DNA of 49,833 nucleotides, the filler included, from Bipalium vagum (taxonomy: Eukaryota), in the NCBI GenBank assembly GCA_037834085.1. It is 2 parts of 2 records of this genome, joined end to end, with 100 filler letters (N's around TTAATTAATTAA, not from the genome) between each part and the next. Parts side by side here need not be neighbours in the genome. Positions count along the whole stretch, not along the records: positions 30,965 to 49,833 come from JBBMKC010017010.1; 1 more part is not named here. The stretch is one strand, 5' to 3'. The stretch's first letter is position 1; every line of letters starts with the position of its first letter. The notes under the pieces were generated by a model. That model made no database searches and had not been told where the DNA came from. It saw only the letters and a program-made list of their open reading frames with translations. The translations under genes and the position numbers were made by a program. This document shows positions 49,744 to 49,833 of this stretch, in pieces.

Positions 49744-49833
49744 CAGTTTGGTCCAGCGAATTGTCCACCCCCTGATAAAACAGAAAAAATCCGATAATAA
49801 CATTTATTAATAAATGATACATGAACTTGGGTA
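49744..49833. mobile_element. Tc1-like transposon terminus
   Basis: TA|CAGTTTGGTCCAGCGAATTGTCCACCCC after a TA-rich tract; cut by the window end. Confidence 0.55.

Noticed and set aside
1-49833. Prokaryotic systems (operons, defence islands, CRISPR), rRNA and tRNA
   Set aside because: The sequence has spliceosomal introns, eukaryotic TEs and low coding density; no such genes were recognised.

Overview
This is AT-rich eukaryotic, almost certainly animal, nuclear DNA, so the bacterial-style ORF track is mostly uninformative. Genes are split by GT-AG introns, many of them very short (21-43 nt), as described for dicyemid mesozoans (taxon is an inference). A 44N-TTAATTAATTAA-44N spacer at 30865-30964 is an artificial join, so the two halves need not be contiguous. 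Host genes: an RGS22-like gene (minus strand, 6910 to beyond the left edge, reconstructed exon by exon), a divergent cadherin-like single-pass membrane protein with Cys-rich segments (plus strand, ~33.4-40.1 kb), and several unidentified intron-rich genes. The rest is a diverse transposon graveyard: Chapaev3, four mariner remnants, maT/DD37D, rosa/DD41D, Tc1, pogo, Merlin, Gypsy gag/integrase pieces and Polinton/Maverick remnants. A 5.6-kb MULE with a 10-bp TSD carries a nested composite hAT element and an RT-deleted NeSL/Utopia-like retroelement. I found no CRISPR, rRNA or tRNA. Family assignments come from remembered motifs and need database confirmation.
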